Part shown: piece by piece, positions 1-9,788 of the stretch
Layout of the letters: each line of letters starts with the position of its first letter
Numbering within the stretch: position 1 is the first letter of the stretch
Virus record (IMG/VR): IMGVR_UViG_3300028189_000014
Location: 1-62,200 of that record
Length of the DNA stretch: 62,200 nucleotides
Source of the DNA: a virus
Lineage: Duplodnaviria > Caudoviricetes
Direction: 5' to 3' (one strand)
Program-made: the position numbers and the translations under genes
Notes under the pieces: model-generated
Database searches by the model: none
Seen by the model: only the letters and a program-made list of their open reading frames with translations
What the model was told of the DNA's origin: nothing

Positions 1-130
1 CGCAGACAAGGACGCTGCGAAAAGACTCCGAGCCATATGGGAGTCAAAAAAACAGGAGCTTAAATTAACACAAGTAACAGTAGCTGATGAAATAGGCACA
101 AGTCAGAGTGCAATTAGTCAGTACCTAAAC
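1..130. repeat. Terminal direct repeat, copy 1 (circular assembly overlap)
   Basis: Matches 62071-62200 except T88 vs C62158 (synonymous GAT/GAC); falls inside the repressor gene. Confidence 0.95.
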
Positions 131-604
131 GGCACCATCGCATTGAATACCGATGCAGTGCTAGTCTTCGCCAAACTATTACAATGTGAGCCAAAAGACA
201 TTCGTCCGGTTTTAGGACGTAAATTGAAGATAAAACAAATACCTACAAGGAGAATACCCGTGGTAAAAAGTTCAACAGGAGCAGTATTGGACAAACACAT
301 AGAGGCTAAGTATATTGGCGAAACTAGCGACCAAGTATATGCAGTACTCATAGACGAACAGAGTTATCATCCACGTATCAAACAAGGAGAATATGTAGTA
401 GTAGACCCCGCAGCTGACATTACACCGGGTGATGAGGTATTAATTGAGACTATAGACTCTGAGTATATAATCAAAACTTATATTCGCGAGGTCGCACAAG
501 GGTATGCAGTTGAGAACATTCTGACAGAATACTCTTCAGTAATAGCACATGATGACATTGTAGCAATCCACCCTATCATCGCTGTTCAACGAGCTAAACT
601 ATGA
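1..604 (+). CDS. cI: CI/LexA-like repressor (HTH + S24 peptidase-like domain), 208 aa when joined
   Basis: In frame with 62048; QSAISQYLNGTIALN helix, EQSYHPRIKQGEYVVVDP and IIKTY S24-like motifs. Confidence 0.85.
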   Translation, partial: ADKDAAKRLRAIWESKKQELKLTQVTVADEIGTSQSAISQYLNGTIALNTDAVLVFAKLLQCEPKDIRPVLGRKLKIKQIPTRRIPVVKSSTGAVLDKHIEAKYIGETSDQVYAVLIDEQSYHPRIKQGEYVVVDPAADITPGDEVLIETIDSEYIIKTYIREVAQGYAVENILTEYSSVIAHDDIVAIHPIIAVQRAKL

Positions 605-816
605 ATGACCCAGTAAATCATCCTAGTCATTATACTTTTTCTAAGTATGAGGTTATTGATGTGATTAACGAATGGGATTTAGGCTACGATCTAGGTAATG
701 CAGTGAAATATATTGCCAGAGCAGGTAGAAAAAACCCTGAGAAAGAGATGGAAGACATTAACAAAGCGATCTTTTATTTACAAGATTATATAAGCAGAGG
801 TAATAATGCGCCCTAA
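601..816 (+). CDS. DUF3310-family protein
   Basis: DPVNHPSHY...GNAVKYIARAGRK...EDINKA.FYL signature. Confidence 0.9.
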   Translation: MNDPVNHPSHYTFSKYEVIDVINEWDLGYDLGNAVKYIARAGRKNPEKEMEDINKAIFYLQDYISRGNNAP

Positions 817-1213
817 ATTATTGCGAAATCCAGATCCTACTTCCGCTACCGCTATATATGAATGTCCTGTTTGCAATGAAGAATTTACAGCAATTATGTA
901 TCGTATACAGCACGGTCAAAAATCATGTTCGCAGAAATGCGGGCGCGTCCTATCTAAGGCTAAACAAGTAGGGCGACCGCCTAATGCTGTACTAGGTAAA
1001 GTGTACAGCGAGTTTTCACCTGTAGATTTCAAACGTATTTGTAAGCAATTAAATATAAGCAGAGCTAATCATCACGATAAAGATCTAGTACTTATGTGGA
1101 ACGCTCGTACTGACGAGCTACTTCCTCGACTGGAGGATAAAGGCAAGAAACTAGAGATCTTAGGAGAGAACGAGGTCACGACTATGGATCGTTTAAAGGA
1201 GATATATGGATGA
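806..1213 (+). CDS. Hypothetical protein with zinc-binding motif
   Basis: CPVC...CSQKC. Confidence 0.6.
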   Translation: MRPKLLRNPDPTSATAIYECPVCNEEFTAIMYRIQHGQKSCSQKCGRVLSKAKQVGRPPNAVLGKVYSEFSPVDFKRICKQLNISRANHHDKDLVLMWNARTDELLPRLEDKGKKLEILGENEVTTMDRLKEIYG

Positions 1214-1512
1214 ACACATTAACCCTAACTGAAGCTGCAGCTTATTTGAAGTGCAATGCTGAGACTGTTCGAGTCAAAGCTAAAGCACGGGAAATAAAAG
1301 CAGTAAAAGTTGGGAGACAGTGGGTATTTAAAGAAGAAGACTTGTCATCTTATTTAGATAAGTTGTACGATGGGGATTTTAACACCGTGCAACCACCATG
1401 CAATACTATCAAACGGGGTCTAAATTCATTTGGTACCGATTCACCGCTCCTGACGGACGACGAGTACGAAGATCTACTAAGACCACCGACAAACGTAAGG
1501 CCCAGGAATTAG
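1210..1512 (+). CDS. xis: Excisionase-like HTH protein
   Basis: LTLTEAAAYLK...IKAVKVGRQWVF (HTH_17/Xis pattern); overlaps 5' end of integrase. Confidence 0.8.
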   Translation: MNTLTLTEAAAYLKCNAETVRVKAKAREIKAVKVGRQWVFKEEDLSSYLDKLYDGDFNTVQPPCNTIKRGLNSFGTDSPLLTDDEYEDLLRPPTNVRPRN

Positions 1513-2384
1513 AAGACAAGCATCGTGCCCAACTCTGGGACGAACATAAGCTAGGTACTCAACCTGAAGTTCTATGGAACACAGCATGCGTTCGTTGGGT
1601 TAAAGAAAGTACCAAGACTTCTATCAACGACGATCTCGAAAAACTCCGATGGCTGGATAAATTTCTACGCGATCAGCCGCTTCATACCATTACCACTGAT
1701 TGTATTGAACAGATCATCGAAGCTAAGTTAGCTGAAGGTGTCGCCCCCGCAACTATTAACCGCTACACCACTCTGGTAGGTTCTATCCTACGCAAAGCTC
1801 ACGGTCCCTGGCATTGTCTGAACGAACTTCCACATATACGGAAACTGAAAGAACCCGACAAACGAATACGTTGGATCACGCGAGAACAAGCAAAACTACT
1901 TATTGCCGAGTTACCTCCACACCAAAAAGCTATGGTGGAATTCAGCCTAGCTACGGGTCTAAGAGAATCAAATGTAACAGGTTTGGAGTGGTCCCAGATC
2001 TCCCCTTCTGGGAGTAAGGCATGGCTTCATCCAGACCAGACGAAGAATAGTAAACCGATGTCCGTCCCGTTTAATCCTACAGCGCAACGAGTTGTAGCAG
2101 AACGCCGAGGGATACATTCTGTGTATGTGTTTACTTTTAAAGATAAACGAATACAAAAGGCACACACTGGCGCATTTAAGAAGGCTCTAGTGAGAGCGGG
2201 TATTGAGCACTTCAGGTGGCATGACCTACGCCACACATGGGCGAGTTGGCACGTACAGAATGGTACGCCATTAAACGTTTTACAAGAACTTGGAGGTTGG
2301 AGTAGCTACGAGATGGTACTACGGTACGCTCACTTAGCACCTGACCATTTAGCAGATTATGCGAATAACATTGAGGATAAGTGA
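1398..2384 (+). CDS. int: Tyrosine integrase
   Basis: TGLR, QTKN, HDLRHTWAS, LGGW, RYAH catalytic motifs. Confidence 0.95.
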   Translation: MQYYQTGSKFIWYRFTAPDGRRVRRSTKTTDKRKAQELEDKHRAQLWDEHKLGTQPEVLWNTACVRWVKESTKTSINDDLEKLRWLDKFLRDQPLHTITTDCIEQIIEAKLAEGVAPATINRYTTLVGSILRKAHGPWHCLNELPHIRKLKEPDKRIRWITREQAKLLIAELPPHQKAMVEFSLATGLRESNVTGLEWSQISPSGSKAWLHPDQTKNSKPMSVPFNPTAQRVVAERRGIHSVYVFTFKDKRIQKAHTGAFKKALVRAGIEHFRWHDLRHTWASWHVQNGTPLNVLQELGGWSSYEMVLRYAHLAPDHLADYANNIEDK

Positions 2385-2605
2385 CATAATTCTGACATAG
2401 CACCGAGGAGCGGTTTTGCTAACTCGTTGATTTAATGGGGTGAACGAAGGGGCTCGAACCCTCGACAACCGGAATCACAATCCGGGGCTCTACTGGCACA
2501 CCCTATATAAATCAATATGTTACTACCTAACCCTATGTCAAAACCCAGTACAATACTGGCATAATCCACCCAAAACAACCTACCTCTGTCATAATTCTGG
2601 CATAG
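2382..2605. other. attP
   Basis: tRNA core flanked by arm-type repeats TGACATAATTCTGACATAG (2382-2400), CTATGTCA (2533-2540), TGTCATAATTCTGGCATAG (2587-2605) and IHF-consensus sites (about 2420-2432 and 2510-2522). Confidence 0.85.
2436..2493 (-). tRNA. Partial tRNA-His(GUG), 3' portion with CCA (att core, not a full tRNA)
   Basis: Reverse complement GTAGAGCCCCGGATTGTGATTCCGGTTGTCGAGGGTTCGAGCCCCTTCGTTCACCCCA has anticodon arm, T-arm and CCA; 5' acceptor strand is absent. Confidence 0.9.
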
Positions 2606-4885
2606 CTAAGTGTATTTAGTTACATCCGTTATAATATACATATTAGACTTACGATTTATAGTTTTTGGGTCATAAGGAATGCTGCCATAGGATACTGAGC
2701 CCGCATCGTCATCATCGTCCCAAGGCCAAAAACCTACAGCTCCTGCATCCCAATCAGCCGAATACTCGAACCCTCCATCGTAAGTGGCCCATCCAGATTT
2801 AAATGAACTGCCTGTTATTTTAAAAGCGTTAAGATACATAACCCACCACGTCGCAACTGACTGTTGACGCTGTATACCCTCTAAAATACTATGGTAAGTG
2901 GGGATCCATCCATTCCATGTAATATACCAACCCCATAATTCATATTCACTATAACCTCTAATAGACCGCATCTGCACAGCTTGGGTAAGTGATGGAGCAG
3001 CAAACATTAAATTACCTTGCGTTAGTCCGGCAGTGATATTGGAACTAGTACTGAAACCAGCAGACCTAAAATCCCAGTCGTTCTGTGTGCTGCCCGGCGC
3101 TTGACTCCCCCCGAAAGAGTTACCGCTCCAATACCAGCGTTTAACACCTTGATCATAATAAATACCTGTAAATGTTCCGCTATCTGTAGGAGACCCCGTA
3201 CTAACAGGCGTAGCAGGTGATGTAATTGATCCGCCTGAGACAACTACTAATGGTTTTAATCGACTATCAAAAGTGGGTAGAGTAGCTGAACCTGTAGCTA
3301 TAGTAGAGAACACGTTCCAATCATAAGTGTATTCTACTGATCTATACAGCTCTTCTAAAGTAGCTGGAGTTATAGTAAGAGTTTGGTCTGTTGTGACGGC
3401 TTGAGCTGCTACCATAGTTGCGTAATAAGCGTCTCTAGCATTTTCCCAAGCAGTAGTAACTGGATTAGGCTTAGCTACTGAGTATATTACATTATTTCCT
3501 CCTGTTAGTAGCTGTTTAGCAGGCGCTCCCACTACTTCCGAGATAACCAACCAAGCTGTAGGGCTACTAACTATAGGAGTGTTATCACTATACACCCCAT
3601 AGTCAGGAGTCCCATACACATAGGTATTGAGATTAGTGTTAGCCCCTGAGTAATGTGAGTTGTACCCGTCCAATAACTTATTATACATATAAACTTCTTC
3701 GTCATACGTAGCAATCAGCGTGAGATTCTGATTAGTTATACTCGCTATATGCTGTGCATAAGCAGTTTGGTAAGCGCTATACCTCGGTTGTAAGTACGAT
3801 TTCCAACCCGAAGAATAATTGTATGTATAATAAGTGCTCCAGCCATATGCATAATTGTAGATTCCGTCAGGCGCTGCATTATAAACTGACGTAATATAGG
3901 ATATTGAAAGAGAATACCCATCTGAAGACTGAGGTGCACCTAATGGACCCCAGTATGTCGCAACCACAGGAGATACAACATTTAACAATGTCTGACGACT
4001 ACTACTTTGCCAAAAACTATATAAACTATTAGCTACGCACCAGTTGTAATCATTTAGATAGTTTAAATATTTCATCACATCTTGCCCAAAGACCTGAGTG
4101 CCATGACCGTTATGCATAACCACGTTTTGTGATGCCATATACGTATCTAGCCCACTCCAAGTACGTTCTTCCATAGTACTTACAACTAACGTAGGGTATG
4201 TTGGAGCTATAGGTTTAGGGTAGTAACCATTAGAATGCGAGCCAATATCAATCCAAATATCTCCTAGTGCGGGATTAGCTGGGGCGCTAGCACTTCCCGT
4301 CAACGTTGCGGTACTTCCAGCAATCTGTAAAGGCGTAGGACAAGTACTCAAAGCTGCATTAGCTGTATTAACACTACTCTCGGTTGTTAACGTAGCCTCA
4401 ACTGTTCTACTCTGAGCTATAGTCATTACTTTTTCTACTGTAGGGCCACGTAATGGGATATCACCGAATAACTGCATCCCGTAACTTTCCGTAGACGGGG
4501 TTATATAAGTATTAGGTAGAAATAGATGGAGTTCTGGAGTTAAAGTACTATCACTACCTGATTGAATAACTTCGAATTCCCAAGTGGTCGTCTGTGATAT
4601 GTAACCTTGCCTAATAACTGCATGCCACTTCGTATAATCACTAGGTCTGATAAATACAGTAGGGACTCCTTCTGTAACATATGAATATGAATATAACACA
4701 TGCCCATCAATTGAATCATTCGTCCCTGAGTATCCCGGAAAATCCGTCGGCCCCACTAAAGAAGCTATAAATGTAGCCTGTCCTGCATAGTGTAATGATT
4801 GTAATCCACTATCTATAAGAACTTGGCTATCTAAAGTAGATCCTGTTCTATAATGATCTGAGAATACTTTAACCCCCAGACTCAT
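2606..4885 (-). CDS. Putative tail/receptor-binding protein
   Basis: 759 aa, S/T/Y/G-rich, last gene of structural arm; YGMQLF and TFDSRLKPL tail-protein-like motifs. Confidence 0.55.
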   Translation of the reverse strand: MSLGVKVFSDHYRTGSTLDSQVLIDSGLQSLHYAGQATFIASLVGPTDFPGYSGTNDSIDGHVLYSYSYVTEGVPTVFIRPSDYTKWHAVIRQGYISQTTTWEFEVIQSGSDSTLTPELHLFLPNTYITPSTESYGMQLFGDIPLRGPTVEKVMTIAQSRTVEATLTTESSVNTANAALSTCPTPLQIAGSTATLTGSASAPANPALGDIWIDIGSHSNGYYPKPIAPTYPTLVVSTMEERTWSGLDTYMASQNVVMHNGHGTQVFGQDVMKYLNYLNDYNWCVANSLYSFWQSSSRQTLLNVVSPVVATYWGPLGAPQSSDGYSLSISYITSVYNAAPDGIYNYAYGWSTYYTYNYSSGWKSYLQPRYSAYQTAYAQHIASITNQNLTLIATYDEEVYMYNKLLDGYNSHYSGANTNLNTYVYGTPDYGVYSDNTPIVSSPTAWLVISEVVGAPAKQLLTGGNNVIYSVAKPNPVTTAWENARDAYYATMVAAQAVTTDQTLTITPATLEELYRSVEYTYDWNVFSTIATGSATLPTFDSRLKPLVVVSGGSITSPATPVSTGSPTDSGTFTGIYYDQGVKRWYWSGNSFGGSQAPGSTQNDWDFRSAGFSTSSNITAGLTQGNLMFAAPSLTQAVQMRSIRGYSEYELWGWYITWNGWIPTYHSILEGIQRQQSVATWWVMYLNAFKITGSSFKSGWATYDGGFEYSADWDAGAVGFWPWDDDDDAGSVSYGSIPYDPKTINRKSNMYIITDVTKYT

Positions 4886-5163
4886 CGTGCGAACACCATT
4901 ATGAGCGAGTTGACAGTTCCTGTGTTATCGACAGAAACTGTACTACCCGCAACAGTAACATTCGACACATAGGCCTCTTGGTTATTGGGGATAAAATCTA
5001 GTTGGAGCTGTAGAGTGGACAATTCCATCCCTGCTGCTGCTTGATTTATAAAGCTAGTAGCTATACCGGGACGAGCAGCAAAAAAGCCTACAAGGCTCCA
5101 TGCGGTATCTTTTGTCCCGATACCCATAGCTCCAGAGGCATCAAACGTTTCAACTCCGAACAT
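4882..5163 (-). CDS. Small tail protein
   Basis: MFGVETFDASG start, typical of genes following J-like tail proteins. Confidence 0.5.
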   Translation of the reverse strand: MFGVETFDASGAMGIGTKDTAWSLVGFFAARPGIATSFINQAAAGMELSTLQLQLDFIPNNQEAYVSNVTVAGSTVSVDNTGTVNSLIMVFAR

Positions 5164-6445
5164 TACTGTCTTGTATACTTATAGTGTCAGAAATAGCAAC
5201 TTCATAAGCTACCGTCCGAACATCGCTATCTCCTAACTCTATAGTGTCAGAAATAGCAACTTCATACGCTGTCGCTTCCCATATAAAATTCACATTTGTC
5301 ATAGCTAATAAGGTGTCATCAGTAGGAAGCGTGGTGACATATACTTTCTGAGCCGCTTGTAATATAGATACAGTGCCTGCTTCTAACGTAGCCGCCGTAT
5401 CACGGATGGAGTAGGTTGTGTTAACTCCAGATTTAACTCCGTAAATAATAGCACCTTGGCTATAGTCAGCTGTGTCAGTAATCTCTATGTTAACTGCTGC
5501 ATCTACTACCTTTACAGTAGTACTACCAGACATATATGTATCAACATTGGCTACAAAATTAGCAGCATTGTCCCAGATGCTAAACGTAGTACCTACAGTA
5601 TAGTTAGCAGCAGTAGCTACAGTATCAACTGTTAGATTTCCAATCTTAACCCGTAGATTTCCATTGTCATCAAACACACCTAGCGTACCAACACCTAGGT
5701 TAATAATGAAACGGTTATTAACATCATGGATAACGTTCGCTTGGATGTCACCCATAGTGGCTCTGAATGCCTGAAAGGAATCAGAGACAACTATACGATC
5801 AGCAGCTATCGACTCGGCAATAATTGATTCTATCCGAGCATCTTTTATAAGAGCATCAGATATATAAGTCTTATTACCCACTGCACCGAAAGGTTCTTCA
5901 CCTATTGCATCCTTTATAACATCGGTTACAGATTTTAATGTATTCCCTCTAACTCCCTCTACTTTGTTAAAATTACCTCTAACTCCCGTTGTAGAAACAA
6001 AGCGTATCCAATAGTAGTAATCACTGTCATACCCTACAGAATCAGAAAACATAGTCCCTGTGATCGAACCTATTTTCAGAGCATACTGTCTATCATTAGC
6101 AGTATGCCTATAAATCTCTGTGTACCCATGTCCGGTATAGTCAGTACCGCCCCATGTGAGCAGGATGTTAGTAAAAGTATTAGAAGTTGCTTCTAAATCA
6201 GTAGGGTCATTAGGTTTCCCACTCAAAGCTGTTGGGACTGATATACCCACTCGAGTTGAGTTACTGGTAGCATCAGTAGATAAGGTAACTATTCCGCTAT
6301 CAATAAGATCTCTGAAACTAACAAAAGCATCCTTAGGATCACCCCTATCACCTTCACGTATTTCCATGAGCTCTTTTACTGCATTTAAGACACGGTTAAG
6401 CTCTAGGTCTTTAGTTTTAACTGCGGTGATAGAAGGCTTTTTCAT
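5150..6445 (-). CDS. Tail tip / J-like protein with Fn3-like domain
   Basis: TEIYR...YYYWIRFV Fn3-like motif; VFDDNGNLRVKIGNL J-like motif. Confidence 0.65.
   Translation of the reverse strand: MKKPSITAVKTKDLELNRVLNAVKELMEIREGDRGDPKDAFVSFRDLIDSGIVTLSTDATSNSTRVGISVPTALSGKPNDPTDLEATSNTFTNILLTWGGTDYTGHGYTEIYRHTANDRQYALKIGSITGTMFSDSVGYDSDYYYWIRFVSTTGVRGNFNKVEGVRGNTLKSVTDVIKDAIGEEPFGAVGNKTYISDALIKDARIESIIAESIAADRIVVSDSFQAFRATMGDIQANVIHDVNNRFIINLGVGTLGVFDDNGNLRVKIGNLTVDTVATAANYTVGTTFSIWDNAANFVANVDTYMSGSTTVKVVDAAVNIEITDTADYSQGAIIYGVKSGVNTTYSIRDTAATLEAGTVSILQAAQKVYVTTLPTDDTLLAMTNVNFIWEATAYEVAISDTIELGDSDVRTVAYEVAISDTISIQDSNVRS
5180..5266. repeat. 27-bp intragenic direct repeat (5180-5206, 5240-5266)
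   Basis: TATAGTGTCAGAAATAGCAACTTCATA twice, encoding YEVAISDTI. Confidence 0.9.
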
Positions 6446-8181
6446 TGTATTCCTGATAGTCCTGAGACACTATCTGCAAAATACACAGCCTCAATTGCAG
6501 AAGTTCCAGAGAGCGTTATCTCCCAATGCGTTCCTCGGCTACCGCTGGGTAATCGAAACGTAGCTACTCCAGTTGCATCCGCTGTAACTGCTATAGGACT
6601 TAACGCAGTCCCATCTATAGTTAGAGTTAGGCTAGTAGTTCCGCCTCCTGCAGTAAAGACAACTTGCCCTGTAGATAATATAGTAGGTCGCTCAGTGATG
6701 AAAACTTTAGAAGTCCATGTAAAAGTATCATCGGTAGTATCTGAAGTCCAAGGGGCTATATTCCAGAAAGGGTAATTGGCATTATATTCTGATACATCTG
6801 TTAACTTACTGAGATTTTGATAGACATATAAAGTATCAGTAATAATGTCATTAAAGGCAGCATCCGTATCAAGATCTATAGTGACAAAGTGTTTGTCTAC
6901 TGGGTTAAATATAAACCCTCCAGTCCCATTAAAAGCATAATACAGATTATCATGTTGGTAAGCGTGTATAGAACTTGGGTTGTATGTACTCCACTGTGCC
7001 CGGGTTATTAAGTCCTTAGTTAATAGCTCAGCACCTCCACTAGAAACATATACCAACCCATCAGGTGAGGCATATATCACACCATCCAATATAGATACGA
7101 TAGATCGCTTCGATACACAAGCCTGCTCTACGGATAAACCTATGAGGTCCATAGATGCTGAGGTGGCACCGCTTGCTAGATACGGAGTACCTTTAGTACA
7201 TATAACAAGTTGATCTCCGGCTCTGCCTAGCCCGACTATCTCATAAGGCACACCTAGCTGATATTCTATAGGCCATGCGTATGGGATATAAGGTTCTGAG
7301 AACATTAAGGTGTTCTCATAGAAACCTGCTAACACGCCATTAGCCATAGCTGTTAATCCTTTAAGATTAGTATCAGGTGGCACCCAGGTTTTTGTAGGGA
7401 GCACTTCTGCACGGTTTCCGGTATCAATTATCGTAACTCCTCCAGTTACTGTGGTAGTTTCTGCACAAAACTGAAAGTCCGTAGCATTACTCCCTGTAGC
7501 TGTTACATATAATCTAACTTTGGCGATACTTTCATAAACTCCATTAGTTGATGGTATGGTTACACCTATTACAGGCTCTTCAGTCAATAGAGCAGCTACT
7601 CGCGGGGAAGGTGCGGAAGGTGCGCTTTCTTCACCAGTAGCATTTACATAAGTATAGACATAGAATCTCTGCTCTAAATCTAATGAGGCGGTCGAGCCTG
7701 TTATCCACGCGGTAGTAGGTGCTTCTGTTGGTTTAGGCATTCCTACTGCCTGACTTGTGTAGGGTTTTCGGTATATAGGAGTAGTAAGATCTGTCTTATA
7801 ATCTACTGTTGCAGGTGTGGCATTAGTGTCAGTGACTAATTCGTTGTTAGTCATCTTCATAATCCCATCACCGGTGAAATACAGACGGTCCGTTGAGTCA
7901 TTCACAATAGGGCTTTGCACTACATCAACATCAAACATCCAATGCAGCCAATGAGTGCCGTACTTATATATAGTAGTTGGTGAGCCATCTTCCCTAAGGT
8001 TACTACTAGATTCTCTACCTATAGGCTCCAACGACGAATCTATAGTTATAGCCCCGTAACCTTTCAGATCCCCGTTTTCTAGCCGAGCATTTAGTGCTGT
8101 CTGAGCAAACTCAGGTGCTAGTAACCTAGGCGCTAACTTAGGGACTGCTCCTTTAAAGCTCGTTATTTTGAATCCCGGCAT
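6442..8181 (-). CDS. Podovirus-type tail/stabilization protein
   Basis: 579 aa; YVYTYVNATGEESAPS, FSEPYIPYAWP, QACVSKRSIV motifs recognised from podovirus tail proteins. Confidence 0.7.
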   Translation of the reverse strand: MPGFKITSFKGAVPKLAPRLLAPEFAQTALNARLENGDLKGYGAITIDSSLEPIGRESSSNLREDGSPTTIYKYGTHWLHWMFDVDVVQSPIVNDSTDRLYFTGDGIMKMTNNELVTDTNATPATVDYKTDLTTPIYRKPYTSQAVGMPKPTEAPTTAWITGSTASLDLEQRFYVYTYVNATGEESAPSAPSPRVAALLTEEPVIGVTIPSTNGVYESIAKVRLYVTATGSNATDFQFCAETTTVTGGVTIIDTGNRAEVLPTKTWVPPDTNLKGLTAMANGVLAGFYENTLMFSEPYIPYAWPIEYQLGVPYEIVGLGRAGDQLVICTKGTPYLASGATSASMDLIGLSVEQACVSKRSIVSILDGVIYASPDGLVYVSSGGAELLTKDLITRAQWSTYNPSSIHAYQHDNLYYAFNGTGGFIFNPVDKHFVTIDLDTDAAFNDIITDTLYVYQNLSKLTDVSEYNANYPFWNIAPWTSDTTDDTFTWTSKVFITERPTILSTGQVVFTAGGGTTSLTLTIDGTALSPIAVTADATGVATFRLPSGSRGTHWEITLSGTSAIEAVYFADSVSGLSGIQ

Positions 8182-8305
8182 CTTCTTGTTCCTCTAACCA
8201 ATAATTACGGCATTCCACTGAGCACCATCTAGGTATATGTCCTCCATTAACTTCAACAGGCTTATCACAGTATGCACATTTCGTTCCTATCCCTTTATCT
8301 CCCAT
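8153..8305 (-). CDS. Small zinc-finger protein (50 aa, not in ORF track)
   Basis: MGDKGIGTKCAYCDKPVEVNGGHIPRWCSVECRNYWLEEQEDAGIQNNEL; CxxC...CxxxC. Confidence 0.55.
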   Translation of the reverse strand: MGDKGIGTKCAYCDKPVEVNGGHIPRWCSVECRNYWLEEQEDAGIQNNEL

Positions 8306-8661
8306 CTCGCTTTCAGCCTCCTGCTGTCGATGTGTGTGAATGTTTCGTATTTTCCAAACCCATAAGAGTCAGGATACCGTTCTATTAAGTATCCATACAC
8401 CTTGTCTGGTGTCACTCCTTTTAGGAGCACGTCGCTTGCTTTTCCCTCGAGATGTTTTGAAAAAACGCTGCCCCCTACAGAGGCATTGTGCGATTTACAT
8501 CTCATAGCTGAGGTGACGGTTATAGGCGTGTTAAAGTGTCGTCGTAGTTCCTCTAGTATGTTAATCAATGTCACATCAACAGTAGGATCCTGTGATTGTG
8601 GGCAGGTGCCGCATTGGCATGCGAATTCGCTTCTGGCGAAATGCTGACTAATCTTCTGCAC
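8287..8661 (-). CDS. Peptidase M15 family endolysin
   Basis: HFARSEFACQC, SAMRCKSHN, SKHLEGKASD, FTHID. Confidence 0.9.
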   Translation of the reverse strand: MQKISQHFARSEFACQCGTCPQSQDPTVDVTLINILEELRRHFNTPITVTSAMRCKSHNASVGGSVFSKHLEGKASDVLLKGVTPDKVYGYLIERYPDSYGFGKYETFTHIDSRRLKARWEIKG

Positions 8662-8860
8662 AATTTATCTCAATTCTATTTGGACGCACAGCGCTATCCA
8701 CGACCTTTCGTACTGCTGTTCTCCCAGCACTGGGAATTTTGCAATATTTACTTACTGCGACATTAGCTGTCTCAGCGATAATCCTTGGCATACAACCCGT
8801 TAACAGCAATGGTAATATAATCACTGCTAATAAAATTAGATGAGTTCTTTTGGAGAACAT
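8648..8860 (-). CDS. Small lipoprotein (possible spanin component)
   Basis: Signal peptide with lipobox LLTGC, next to endolysin. Confidence 0.65.
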   Translation of the reverse strand: MFSKRTHLILLAVIILPLLLTGCMPRIIAETANVAVSKYCKIPSAGRTAVRKVVDSAVRPNRIEINCAED

Positions 8861-9600
8861 GATGGTAATCCTCGTGTTAGTTGTACATAGTTAGCAACGG
8901 AGTGGTCACGAAATGAATCTACTTTTCGTATCGCTGCCCCTTTACACATCCCTATTATAAACTGCTTGGCTCTCGTCCAAAAGCCAGGATCCTCTACACA
9001 GTTACCTGCGCCTGTAAAATAGTAACATACTCCCACATGGCGATAATCCCAGATTGCCATTGGATGTCGAGTTACTATATCGTTCTGATTTCTAAATCTA
9101 TAAACATTCATAAAACGATAAGAAAACGTAGCTTTGAATATATCGTCTCCAACTCGTGGAGAGCCGTAGGTATACAACTCGGCATTACGCAGATCTAATC
9201 TAGACATAGCTATCGTAGCGAGTGCTGCTCCTAAACTATGTCCGGTAAAAGTTACGTGACGTTCCTCACAAAACTCATTGTAGTCTGCAACAACTTCATC
9301 CCAAACAGTATCTAAAGCATTCCAGAAACCTGTATGTACAGAGCCTTCAGTACCAAGAGGGAATAATTGAAATTTAAGATCTGCTTTAAGATCTGCAAAT
9401 TCAGCAACCTCAGTCCCTCTAAAAACAAATACTAATTCTTTAGCAGTCCATACGGTGTAAAACTGAGTGCCTTCTACTGAATGGAAACGAAAGTTACCAT
9501 CCGTATGAACCTTAGCGAATTCTTCAGGAGGGAAGTAGGCTTGCTCTGAGAGAAGAGCCATTTCATATGCTTTGTTATTATCCATAATAATAAACCTCAA
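8836..9600 (-). CDS. Class-3 lipase (alpha/beta hydrolase)
   Basis: FRGT, VHTGF, TGHSLGAALA, YTYGSPRVG, DIVT and DH catalytic-type motifs. Confidence 0.9.
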   Translation of the reverse strand: MRFIIMDNNKAYEMALLSEQAYFPPEEFAKVHTDGNFRFHSVEGTQFYTVWTAKELVFVFRGTEVAEFADLKADLKFQLFPLGTEGSVHTGFWNALDTVWDEVVADYNEFCEERHVTFTGHSLGAALATIAMSRLDLRNAELYTYGSPRVGDDIFKATFSYRFMNVYRFRNQNDIVTRHPMAIWDYRHVGVCYYFTGAGNCVEDPGFWTRAKQFIIGMCKGAAIRKVDSFRDHSVANYVQLTRGLPSCSPKELI

Positions 9601-9788
9601 AAAAATTATGAAGAATCCATGTGGCAGCGGAGGCTCCTAAAACAGCAAGCCCTATATAAGTTATTAGTTCACAGATGGCTTTGAATAACATACAGCATCT
9701 CGTATATGCATATTGCTATCAGCACTATTACTGCAGCTACGGCTAGCAATACAATTAAAATCGGAAACCTGAAGAAATAGTAACTCAC

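Noticed and set aside
1-130. 130-bp terminal repeat as a physical virion terminal repeat
   Set aside because: It splits the repressor ORF and is far from terS, so assembly overlap is more likely; the single synonymous mismatch may be population variation or error
2436-2493. Functional phage tRNA-His gene
   Set aside because: 5' acceptor strand and part of the D-arm are missing; position after int fits an att core
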